Assembly: GCA_028534125.1 (NCBI GenBank)
Contig: CM052832.1
Coordinates: forward strand, 8,992,001-9,056,000
Length of the DNA: 64,000 bases
Direction of reading: 5' to 3'
Source of the DNA: Lama glama
Taxonomy: Eukaryota
Notes under the pieces: generated by a model
Told to the model about the DNA's origin: nothing
Seen by the model: the letters and a program-made list of their open reading frames with translations, nothing else
Database searches by the model: none
Shown here: one piece after another, positions 11,964 to 24,300 of the stretch
How the letters are laid out: each line of letters begins with the position of its first letter
How positions within the stretch are numbered: position 1 is the stretch's first letter
Translations under genes and position numbers: made by a program

Positions 11964-12485
11964 GCGCAACTCCACGGCGTGAGGAAGAGAGGAACCACTC
12001 TATGTTCACTCAACCATAGAGACGTCCACTCTAGCTCACGGCAGGGCAACTGGGGCGGGGCAACAGGGGCGGCCCCGCGCCCTCTTGGCCGCAGTAAACC
12101 GCTGAGGTATTGCTAACCCCGATTCCTGCCAAAAGCTGGACAAAGCCTCCTTCTCACTACTTTGAAAGTTTTTAGAGCCGTATCATCTTCAAAACCCAGC
12201 CCTTTTCATTTCAGTTGTAGTCTCATAATGCTGGAGGCCGGGCTATAAACATCTAAACGCTTCCCACAATGCACCGACTTCCGGCAGAGGGTGGGCGCCG
12301 CTCTTCTGGCTTCCGCTGGGCTGCGGGTCTCCGAAAACTAGACGCGCGGTCTTGGGACAGCTTTCGGCTGGTTGGGGAGCGCTGGTTCTACCGCTTTGGC
12401 TCTCACGTGTGGGTGGAGATGTATATGGACGACTTAGGATGGTTTAGAAAAAGACAGCTCTGATTACGTAGGCCTGGCTTCGTCA
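11730..12485. promoter_or_regulatory. CpG-rich RPL7L1 promoter region
   Basis: High CpG density; GC box GGGGCGGGG 12052-12060; ZNF143-type TTCCCACAATGCACCG 12261-12276 abutting ETS ACTTCCGG 12277-12284; YY1-type AAAATGGCG over the second ATG. Confidence 0.85.
11923..11963 (-). CDS. RPL7L1: RPL7L1 coding exon 1
   Basis: ATG AGC AGT AGC...ATG GCG GAG GAA GA|gtgagt. Confidence 0.88.
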
Positions 12486-12809
12486 GTGGGTCCCTGAGCA
12501 AGTTCTTTAACCCGTCAGTCCCTTAGTTTCCTTTATTCATAAAATGCACATAGTAATGGGTCTTGCCTAATAGCCTTAGAAGAGTTACATGAGCTACTCC
12601 TTGTATCAGCAAAGTCTGGTAGTAAGCGGTTAACACTATACTAATTATTCTTGGTGCTGGACCGAAAACTAGAAGTTACAACTTGCCATCTTAGAACCTT
12701 CCCTTATATAGTTCTCACCACTTGGAATATGCTTTCTTATTCCCGCGTCTTCATAAAACAATGAAAACTCACGTCTTGTGTTTTCTGGAAAAGTCCAGAA
12801 AACCTCCAG

Positions 12810-12965
12810 AGCAGCGCGTTCAAGCATTAATGTGCACAGGAGTCACCTGAGGACCTTGTTAAAATGCACATTTTTCTTCAGGAGGGGGCGATATTCTGCA
12901 TTTTAAACAAGCTTCAAAATGAAGTGGATGCTTCAGGTCTGTGGAGTACACTTTCACTAGCAAGG
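12810..12965. mobile_element. MER5A-like hAT-Charlie fossil
   Basis: ...GAGTCACCTGAGGACCTTGTTAAAATGCA...TCTGCATTTTAAACAAGC...CACTTT..TAGCAAGG pattern. Confidence 0.65.
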
Positions 12966-13092
12966 CTCTTGAGTAGTCTATCTTTTTTCTGACTTCCTTC
13001 TGCACGAAATTTTTAACATTTCTTCACCATGATCCTAGGAGGGCAGAGACTATGCCTGCCTTGCTCATCACTGATCCTAAGAGAGTCTAGCA

Positions 13093-13272
13093 CAGGTTTT
13101 TCAGTCTTGGTACACTACTGGTTGGCATTTTGGGGTAGGTAATTCTTTGTAACAGAGGGCTGTCCTGTGCATTGTTTGATGTTTAGCGGCATCCCAGGCT
13201 TCTGCCCACTACGCGCCAGTAACATCCCCACCCTAGTTGTGACAAACAAAATGTCTCCAGGCATTCCCAAGT
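13093..13272. mobile_element. MER20-like DNA transposon fossil
   Basis: GGCTGTCCTGTGCATTGT..GATGTTTAGCGGCATCCC..GGC..CT.CCCACTA..CGCCAGTA.CA..CCC..AGTTGTGACAA.CAAAATGTCTCCAG. Confidence 0.75.
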
Positions 13273-16200
13273 CTGGCATGGTATGTATATTTATCCTAAG
13301 GTCTAAGACAATGTCGTTATTTGACAGTAATTAAAGGCATATCAAGACAATCGTGTTTTGTTTGGCTTTTTCTTTCTCTGATTGGACTGGGTTCTCTGAA
13401 GGCCGGGAACTTGTCTCGTCTGCCTCTGAATCTTCTACAGTATCTGTTACAACAGGGGGCACCTGCAGGAGCTTGTTAACCATCTAAGCTCAAGGCATCA
13501 TATTGGTATGTGCTGTGTAACTAGTTCATCAAGAAAGACAGTGCCAAGTGCAGAGCTTAGTACCTGATGAATAAATTTCAAAGGATAACACAGTCTTCAG
13601 AGACACAGACTGTGGTGAGGCTCATTTAATGTACTCACTCTTTCAGCACTTCACCATGTGTCTTAGTGAAAAGGCAAAAACAGAAGGGTCAGCAAAGTGT
13701 AAAATATATTAAATAGTAAAGAAGGAACAAAAACAAGTCGGTGTTTTGTAACTTCTGTCTACAGGTGAAAGGTGGGTTCTGTGGTACTGAAGGTATTTCA
13801 GAGATATTAACAAGATGATACTCCTTGACTGAAAAACTTGGAGGCAGATTCAGGAGAGGCTTTCCAATACCAGCAGATGGTGCCAGGAGAGTACTTAGTC
13901 CTGGTGCCAAAGCCATCATCCACCAGACTGATCCAGAGAAAGAGATGGAGTCCTCTTCAACCCAAAAATGTTCACTGACTGAATACATATTTACTGAGCA
14001 CTGAGCATATACCCTGAGCACTGGGCAAGATATGAGATTTTTCATTTCAAAGTTAGGTTCCTGAATGAGAATGGGGTGTGGCCACTTACAACCTCAAGAA
14101 TCTTACTCTTTTTAGCCTGTCCTCATAGGCCTCTGTTCTCTTTTTTCTTGACCATTTCAGCTATCCATCATTAGGGAATGGTTTAAGAAATCATGGAAGA
14201 CTATGCAATTAGATTCATTAAGGTAGGTCTTTATGTCTTGAAATCTTAGTGGCATTTGTTATTTTTTGGCCTGCTTCTTGACAGTACCCCCATTTCTCTT
14301 GCGGACTAACTGCCCCGATCGTGTGCAGTCTTCGGAGGGCAGGATATCAAATCCAAACACTTGCCCTCTCAATACATAAATTGAAGGCGTCTCTGGAAGA
14401 TCTATTCAACCCCTCCCACCTCCTTGTCAGACTCTAAACTTCTCTCTTCTGGGTTTTGAGTCTTCAGCAGAGTAATGGCAGGAACTGAGGAGGACTGGGG
14501 CAAGACTTTTATGGATTTCCACTTACTAGGACCTCCTGGAGTTTTTTTATTCCTGTCTCTATCAAGCCTGATGGTTCTTCAGTCTTCCTTTTAATTCTTA
14601 GTCTTCCAATAGAACTTGTTAACCAACAAGATACGTTTCCTGACTATACTACTCCCAGGTATTTGGTTACATTTGAAAAAGCAAGATTCAGAATAGGATG
14701 TAAGAGGATAGTTCCCAGTTATTTTGTTATTTTTGTCTTTTACTATAAATGTATTTGTATGTAACAATTTTGGAAGGATATACATGAAAGTGTTCATGAG
14801 GGTTATTTTTGGGAAATAGGAGTGAAGTGAGGCCTGGAATGGAAGACTTCCATCTTTGGATGGAAGCCTGCCCTTTGTTTGTTACATATGTATTAGTTTA
14901 AGAGCTTGTTAGGGACTTAGGTTCTTGTGATTTGCCTGTTTTACAAACCACTTGACCATGTTTTTTTTTTAAGACTCCCTTTAGGACCAACATTTTACAG
15001 TTCTTTGTATTAACTCTGGGATCCCTTTCCTAACGTATTCCACTATAACTTATTTCAGTGTTGTCTGCATTTTGGGGTTATTTGGAATCCTGTTCTTTTT
15101 CACTGAAGAGATAATTAAGCAATACCTTCTTAGTGAGGCAAAACCACCACACCTAACACGCCATAATGGGGGCCCCATCTGCAGTTTCTCATCTGCTTCA
15201 CATCTCTTTCTTGGATTATGACCCTCCTTGCAGCCGAGTTCATTTTCAAGCTTTCCTTATTGCTTCTTCCTAGAGTGACGTGGGGTTACCAGGAGGCAGG
15301 TGGGAACGAGCAGCCAGATGAGCCTGGAGCTGGGGAAGACAACACGGACAACGGCTCTTGATCCTGATGAGAAACAAGCAAAAAGAGCAAAAGCGGGAAG
15401 GAAAACAGTGAAAACAGGTGAAGGGCAACAGCCATCTGAGGGTCGAGGGTGGACCCAGGAGAGCGCCAGTAGGAAGGAGACAGTGTGTGGTAGGTGAGAC
15501 CAAATGCAAAATGGAAAAGCCCAAACCTCTTCTGATGTATTTCAGGGATAACGGGAAAATTAGCCTTTTCTACCTTCAACACTTCTTCAGTAAGACTTCA
15601 TTTTACACCCTAAGAAGTGGAGGGTCAGGACTAGGGCTTCCTATTTATAGGCAAGGAAGCTGAAGCTGAGAATAACTTGCGAGAAGGCATCTGATGACCT
15701 GTTAAGTGAAGTACTGGCATGTTTCCAGATTCTGCTGCCAAAGACACCTTCTGCACCCCTACCCTGCTCCTGGCTGTACTGCTTTCCTTGACCTTCACAG
15801 ACATGACTTTTCCCTAAAGGTCTTGCCTTTGTAAGTGTTTTCAAAGGCCGGCTCCAGCACATGCCTACGAGAAGTATAAATTACAGACTCTTATAAAGGC
15901 CTCTTACCTGCAGCGGTGTAGACACAGGCTATTTACATTATGGAATCCACTTTATACTACAAATGTGCTCCTACTGTGTGTGCGTCCGCTGAACCAGATT
16001 TCTCCATGTAGTTAACACTGTACAATTCCTTTACCTTCATTCCTGCAGAAAGTATCATACACTTTTTCTCAAACAGAACTTGGGAAACTGCACTAAGAAC
16101 CATGGACATAAAAGACAGACACTGGGAGAAGAGAGCGCAGTGCTACTGAGAGGCAATCTGGAAGAATTTTAGCCCCAGTTTCTTCTCTCTAGAAGTGTAC

Positions 16201-17364
16201 TTATTTAAGTGCTTGTTTCCTCTCTAGACTGTGAGCTCCTTGAGAGTAGAAATCATACCTGAATGGGCCGTGGATCCCAGTGGCCCAGTGTGTAGCACAG
16301 TGCCCCTAAACTGCTCTGAATGTGTCAGGTGCTCAACGCCAGACGCCAGGCGTCCTCCCTCCAGCTTGGCCGCACACTCAGGCTGAAGCCCTGGCCGCAG
16401 AACAGCTCCAGTCCTGCCTGACAATGCGGTTTCTGTGCCCCCAGACGGTGGAGTTCCTTTCTTTCCCCCTCTCTTTCTCCCACATCAGGGAGAGCTCAGC
16501 CCCTCCCGGGACACGGCTTCCCATACACAGGGCTGAGGGCTTTAACTGTCCTAGGACAGAGTGCCTGGTCTCTCCCCTGGGCAACACCAGACTCTGATCC
16601 TAACCAAGTGGCCAGATTATCCTAACTCTTCATGCTTGGGACACACCCACCGCAGAGGGCCTGGAGAGGGGCAGAATAGCATGTTGGACCCACATTTGTC
16701 TGAGCAAGGACAGAACCCTGACATCTGGATGCTGCTGCGAGAGACGTTAAAGGAGCCATCACTGACATAACTGTCCTAGCAGTGCTGATTCTCAGTTACT
16801 TGACAACAAGCTCCTCTTTACATACTAGCTACTGAAGAATCTTGATATCCGGGCTGCTAGTACCTGAGGGTGAGGGGTGGGGGTGGGAAGCAATTAAACC
16901 ATAAAGCAAGCGGTATAAGCATAAAATCGAGGCCCAAGAAAAATCTAAGGAGCCTTACACCCTCACCCCGAGAAGTTTCCCTGACAATGTGGGTAGAGTC
17001 ACATCTGTGAGGGCAGGAGCTCAGATGGGCCCTGTGGGGCTCATTTTACAGATACGGCTATAGAGGTATTTCTCAATACAATTTGGTCAGATGTGTGAAT
17101 CCAAAGAGAAACATGTTAATTCTGAAACAAGTCCTGAGTAAAAGATTTTGATTTTTTCTTTTTTTCTTTTTCTTTTTTTTTTTACCTATTCCACAGCCTT
17201 CTTGCCCCTGCAGAAACAAAAGAAATATAAGGATTAAGGAAAACTTCCCGCAGATTGAGGCCCATTTCTCTAACTTTTAAATGGCTTCACTTTTCTTTCC
17301 TTAGTTAAGGGCCCAGGTGACAGGAGAAGGGAGGGGAGGCCAGAGGCCTATGTGACTAAACTTT

Positions 17365-20300
17365 CTCACTGACCAACTTTGTTTAATTTGTAACTGTTTG
17401 GAAAAGCCAGTCAATTAAAATCCTACCCCCTCACTGGCTGGGCTACTTTTTGGTAATGGTAAATATAGTTAATAATAGAAATGAACACTTACTTACCCTT
17501 TTCTTCTGGGAAAAGCAGCCATTCCTCTTTGCAAAATCAAGACAATCACAGTTGCACATTTTCCCAAATCTTTGGCTGTATTGCAATGGTTGTTTCATTT
17601 TGTAATCTCCAACTAAACATTTCCTAACCATGGATTAACAATATAGTTACTGACTGGTTTCTTTTAACAGTATTTATCCAACATAACAAAATAAACTGCA
17701 ATTTGTTATACTTTTTTTTTTTTACAAAACATTTTATAAATATTTTTACAAAATGTATACAAAGCAATTTCAAGTGAGACATACTATACAAATGAAGGTA
17801 TTTAAGCAAATAAAGCCCACACCACACTAACAGTGAGTGACGCGTCCTCTTTTAAGTCAAGTCAGTCTGTAAGGCCTCCCTAATCTAACAAAGTCTACTA
17901 AATTCTTCAGAGCTAAAATAGTTCTTTTTCGTAATTGCCAGTTTAAAATTTGCTTTATCTTTAGGCAGTACTTAAGGACACAGAAAATCAAATGCTTAAT
18001 AACAAGTTCACACTTTTCCACAACAACAACAGAAAAAAAAAAGAAAGAAAAGAAAATGATTTTGTTACTGAGTACTAAAACTTAACCTTGACTAATGAAC
18101 CTGGACAATTGAACGCTGGCCATTGGAGGCTGGGCTCTTACCCTTCACCAGAGGGGACTCGACATGCGAGTTATGACCTAATCACAGGAGTAAAATACAT
18201 TTTGTAATCTTCATTTGTCATTATCTAGAATCTTTCCTCCATAAAAAGTAAACTTACATACAAGGACACAAAAATTTACAAGTTTCATTTTGGTAAATTA
18301 GGCTCTCCATTTGCTAGACAATGTCAGGGCTTAAAAAAACCCTTTAAGATGGTATATTGAGAAGCTGGGACGGGGGGCAGGGCAGAAAGAGAGGTGACAA
18401 GTGTACATGAAGCTTGTCTTGTCTCTTAAGAATTCCACTGATTCAGGAATTAATGTAACTCATCAGTAGCCTCCGTGAAGGCTCTAGGTATAAATTTCCA
18501 CAAAGAGAAGAATCTGATCAGGAGGGACCACCTTTAAGTCTTGCTAGGGATTAGGGGAGCATGAGCCCTAAGAGAAGAAGAGCCTATGAAATCATGAGGT
18601 TCACGGCAGGGTGTTACCCTAGGGCTGCCCAGACAGAAAGTTCCAACTGGCAATACCAACTTATCTTTCTAACATGTTACAATACAGAAAAAGGGGAAAT
18701 CTGCAACTTGGACATTGGCACAAATAAGGAAAACATGGCAACCGTAAAATGGCCCAGATTTTCCAATTTCTGTTGGTTTGGGGCTAGGAGTGGGGAGAAG
18801 GTATTTTGCTTTTGTGAAGACTAGCTGTCTCACAGGGTTTCTCTGTGTGTGTGTCTGGGGTGGGAAGGGGGGCGGCACAAAGGGGCAGGGAGAGTCTAGG
18901 TCTTCTGTTGCTGTATTTTCTAGTAATCAGAAGCATTCCTTTCTTTTGCAGGCCAATCTGGAAAAGAATACCCAGTATGATGACAATGGGGTCCTCCCTA
19001 TTCTGGGGAAGACCATACGCAGATCTTGGCAACGTGTTACAGTGAAGACCAGTGGAGATGGACAGAATACACGAGAGCCCATGCACACGAGAGGGAGAGT
19101 GAGTGTGCACACACTGCAGCCAAAACGACCTCTGGGTCTGAGCAGCTCAGCACGTGCACACAGGTGTGTACGAGGCTACATATAAAATACCGTATGTAGC
19201 TTTCCCAGTGCTAGGAGATACTGATGGTTACCATGACGTTGAGAATGAAAGTGACCACAGAAATGGGATGACCTGGGGCAGGTATACAAGAAAGGAAAAT
19301 GGGGAAAGCTCCCTGAAAAGAAATATAAATAAATAAAGCAGTAAGTCACGCTCACGATCATGAACATGGGCCAAACACAAACAATGACAGGGCTTGTCCT
19401 TTGGATCTCGAGTGGGAATCCCGTGTCTCAGATCTTTCCTCTCAGTGGTGGGCTGCCTGGTTACCTTTGGTTTGTCTGTGTTTTGGTAATGATTGCTGCC
19501 GGGAGTGACTACTGTTCTCAGACAACAAGAAGCGGAAACAAGGCCAAAGTCCCCTTACAGTTTAAGATAAGAAATTACAACATAGTTTTCAAATGAAAGT
19601 GCTTTTGACGCTTGGCTATTTGTAGTGGGAGAGGGTGCAAAGAGAGGTAAAATGAAACAAACCCAGCAAACCAACAAAAACATACATCGTATGTTGACTA
19701 GATCCAATTACAGAATGCAAAACGCTTGGTTTTTCTCAATAGTTGACATATGTATGCTTTTACATATATACACATTCGATCCCTCAGGGCTCTAGCCCAG
19801 CCTCCCCCGTACACGCGCCAATTCACCGGTTTCCATTTTCCTTTTTGTAGCCTGGTGAAATTACCTCAGGTCATGCTGTCACAACTCAGAACCAAGTATT
19901 CCCTAGATGAAATTCGATGCGGGTGTGCTGAAGAGGTGAGTTTTGCTCCAGGAGCGTCAGAAAAGCACTTGAACGATGAACAAGGAAGCCCTGCAGAGCC
20001 GGGCTCGTGCGCTACGGGTGCTCGCACCGGGGCTGCGGGGCCCCGCGGAGCCAGGACTATCTGCTCAGGGACGGCCGGGGGAGAGCCGCACGGTCTCCTG
20101 GCCAACGACAACCCCAAAGCCCCCCAAAGCCAAAATTTGGAGATGCAGTGGGATACTCTTTAAAAAGTGTCTTCTACCAGTCCTGTTTGATTTTCTTTAG
20201 TAAGTCTGTTCTTTTCAAATGACTTATGATTGTCAGAATTTTACCCAGGGTCAAGTGTACTGTGATCTCATTGAGTTACAGTGTTTTTTTGTTTTTTAAA

Positions 20301-20581
20301 TAAAACAAATTTTAAAAAATGACTAAGCACTTTCAAAACACTTGAAATGTGTAGGGCCTATCAGACTGCTTTCTAACAAGGATCAGTTTTACTAGAGGAT
20401 TTCCCTGTAACCACGACGAGTATTGCTCTTAAACAAAGAATGGGATTGAGATTAGAAAGAATAACCTGTGATGAAAGATCAAGCAGGCTGGAGACAGGAG
20501 ACCGTTTCCATTGCTTTTGCCAGGAAAGGATGTAACTTGTCCGGGGCGGGGTCTCGGGGCGGGGCAGGGGGCCTGTGGCTA
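17365..20581 (-). other. BICRAL: BICRAL 3' UTR (approx. 3.2 kb), end inferred
   Basis: Repeat-poor, U-rich sequence after the stop; candidate poly(A) signal ATTAAA at 17387-17382. Confidence 0.5.
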
Positions 20582-21369
20582 CTAACACTCTAGGATACTA
20601 TTTACAGCTGCTTCTAAAATGGAATCAGTTTCTACAACGCCTTCATTGTGGTCCGGGATGAACTTTTCCAGGCAGTTTTCCTGCGAAGCCATTGGAGAAA
20701 AATTGGGGAAATCTAACTCAACAGAGCCGCTAACCGTGGGGTCACTTTGGGGCTGCCGCCCAGCCTTTTTGAGTTCCAAGATATTCTTAAAAGTTGTTTC
20801 TAAACTCTTAGTGAGCTGGAGGTCAGGCTGGGGCTCACCAGACCCTTTCATGATGTCTGTGTGTAAAACTTCATTCTTTGGAGAACTCCTCAGAGTCTTG
20901 TCCTGGAAGGAGCTGTTACACGTCATCTCCAGGTGAGAATCCACTAGGATGCTTGAGAGTTTGCTCTCAGGACCATGATCAGGTCTGGACGAGTTCTTCC
21001 GGTGCCCTTCGGGGCCAGGAGAGCACTCGCCACCTTTCACTGAGTCTCTCCGGCTGGTTTTGTCTTCGGATGCACTCCGGTACTGAACTAAGCCCATTTT
21101 GTCAAATTTTGGTGCTCTACCGAGGCATTCGGTTTTTTTAGAAGTGTTTCCTTCTGCAGAGACCACGATGTGATTAGGCACTAGATGAAACTGGTCATGA
21201 TTCGTTGGTTCTGCCTGGCCTGGTTTGGCTCGGTCTCTACCCTGGGCCTTAGCCGTCAGATGCACAGAGCTGGTTGTTTTACAGCCATGCTGGTCACTCC
21301 GGCCAAACTGCGTCTCATGAGCAGCCTTATCAAATTTGAAGGAACAACAGAAATCAGCCTGAAAACCCT
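20582..21369 (-). CDS. BICRAL: BICRAL last coding exon (to TAG)
   Basis: ccag|AG GGT TTT CAG...AVNSILEC*. Confidence 0.97.
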
Positions 21370-24300
21370 CTGGAAACGGAAACAAAAGAGAACATTAATG
21401 AAAAAACTGAGAGTAAGGGTAAGGGCTGGACAGCAGCCCTTCGTGGGGCAGATGCAAACTCACCCCCAGCCCAGCCCAGCCAGTCAGCCTTTCCCATCCA
21501 CGGGAAAGCAGAAGCACAGTGCTAGAGGGCACATCCTATAAAAGGAACGGAGCTGAGGGGGCCGTGGGGCCGCAGCTTCTAGACGAGCTTAAATCTCTTC
21601 GAAAAGGGGATTTGCTGGATGACAAACGGGAAAACCGAATGTACAGAAAGCTCCACTTTGTCTTCATCTCTTATTGTAGTTTTTCATCAGTTATTTATTA
21701 ATGACTACTTTGGAATGGTCTGAACACAGAAATCAGATGCTAGTGTCAGCCTCGTTTCTTCTGTGGGGCAGAGGGCCCTGAGGTGAGGCTCTGGGAGGGG
21801 AAGACACACCTACTTGTCTTTGGGTGATGGCGCTTCCATCCCTCTGGACACACTGGAGGGGACCTGCCGTAACTAGAGGCACTTTGCCAGGACACAAAAC
21901 GAATGGTCAACACACATCCAAAGTGGTATCTGCTTGGAAGGACAGGGGTGTGGAGGAACCGGGCCGGACAGAGTGCTGACTCATGCCAGGCTCGAAGAGC
22001 CAAGGATGGCAAGGGGGGTGTGAGTGAGGATTTAGGGGGTGGGGTTACGGAGGGAGGGGGGCAGACTGCCATCATGCAAGGGCAAAAAAAGTGTGCACTC
22101 TTTATGTAATGAGAGTGAAAAAGGGCTTTGATGACAACCTAGAAAACCACAAACATGAGTTTATTCACTAAATCCCAAAATACGAGCTGTAGGGGATAGA
22201 GCCTTGAAATAAAAAAAGATGATTGCACTCAACAAATACCAGCTGTGCAGGTACAGGACAGAGGAGGGTGTCACACCCGCCTGGGTGATGCTGTGCCTCA
22301 GGGGCTGGGACAGAGGAGGAGGATTTAGCCACAAGCCCAATTCACCAAAAGGCAAGGGGTGATTTCAGGGTCTAAGAAAAAGGGGGAGAAATATATCCCA
22401 CATAAATTATTCTCTTGTTTTTTGGAAAGATTTGAGGATTCTCCTAGGTGTACAGCAATTCTTCAGGACTCTCCTTTACACTGAGTGTGAGGACCATGTA
22501 TTCTCTTTGAAAATTTCTTGAGCCACATCAAACACAAGGCAAAACCTTGATATTTAAGTAACAGAAGATGTGAGAGGAATGTGAGTTAAGCTACAGGAAA
22601 GTAATGGTCCAAGAGTAGAGGAATGGATTACCTGAATTATCAAATTGATGTATTAAAAGTGTATTAAATATTATTTTGAAGACTATAGCAACAGGATAAA
22701 AACTTCAGTTGAATTAAATGGAAGAAACTAAGAATAACAAAATCATAAAAATATAAAAATGATGTATGCAAACAGGAAGGAGAATTGGAAGAAAACTTGG
22801 AGACGTAAGAACGTTTCTTTTTACAGAATGGTGAAAGTACAGGCAAAACTCGAATTGAATTGTTATGTTATCTGATTTAAAAGAATTTTAGAGGCTACAA
22901 AAAAGTAAAGAGAATTCATTTTTAAAAGGCAGAATGGGGGTCAAGTCTAGCACGTATGCAGTTGGTGGACGCTGATGGAGTGAGGGATGAGTACTTACAG
23001 GGAACACTCCAATCTACCAGCTTGTGGGCAGGGACTGTGTTGTGCTGACTACCCCCAGCAATGCCCTGCACACAGTAAGACAACTCAATAATTGGCTGAG
23101 GTTAAATTGCTTCTGGGAAGGCTTCTGGTTTACTTTACTTCTCATAAACTACTGAGAAATTTCAGTGTACAGTGAGGAAGAAGAATCACTTAACTGAATG
23201 TAAAACTCCAGCTTGGATTTTACAGAATATAGACCTTCCCAGAGTATTCACATTCCGCTCTCAACTCCGGGTTTTTTCTCCCCAGCATTCATATCTACCT
23301 TCAGGTTTCACACCCAAAGGTCAGTTCAGATAGTCTCCCCAAAGCCACAGCCCCGGAGCCACGGCAGCTGGTCTCCTTTGCTTTTACTCTGACGTTCCTT
23401 ACCAGGGTCTACAAGTGCCAGACGCTTGTCCCGGGACAGAGAAGCTCTTTCTTCCTGGTTAAACATTCTATCGATCATCACCATCTCAGCAGAGGGATTG
23501 ATCCGCTGAAAATGAGACAGTCTAGTCATTTCAGGTACCTTTTAAACAAGTGTGAACATCTCTGTGTCTTTCGAACAAAGTAAGCGATCAGAAAGGAGAA
23601 GGTGGTGTCCAGGTTCTGGTCATGTCCCGTTTAGTCACCTTTATCCTTGCCACATAGGATACATTTCTTCACCATGTAATTCTTCGGAAAAAAGTAATTT
23701 ACCACAATGGTACAAACTTTAAAAGGTACAACAGGGGAAAAGTAAACCTTCCTTCTCCGCCTCCGCTGTGCTCTGTCTTCCCCCAGCCTGGCGCCCTCCC
23801 TCAAGGCAGAGTCATTTAATAAGCTTTTCCAGAGATATATTCTGCACACACCCAAATTTACATTCTTCTTCCTTTGTTTATTTTGCACACAGATGGCAGC
23901 TACTGTTCTGTACCTTCCTTATTTCCTCCTCTGCTTAATAATAAGTTGGAAATCTCGTCATTAGGATGAGCTTTGACTTTATATTCTGCTATGCTATAGC
24001 TGTGTTTTTTTATTAAGGCTTTCTTTAAAGTTATTTTTTGCCATACAGAAACAAATCTTTTTTTTTTTTTTCAGAATCAAATCTTCAATTGTATTTCTGG
24101 GTCTTACTTAACATAAAAATTCATGGCAGACATGAGATAACCTGTTCGAATAATTTGTCCATTTGTCCAAATTTTTCCCAGGGTCCTTTTCTCAGAGATG
24201 ATAGAGTTAATCTTTTTGATATTTCAGAGTTTTGTTTCAGAAATGGTCCTTAATATAAAAACAACTATTTCAGACTTTGGTGGCACAATTTTAAAAAAGA

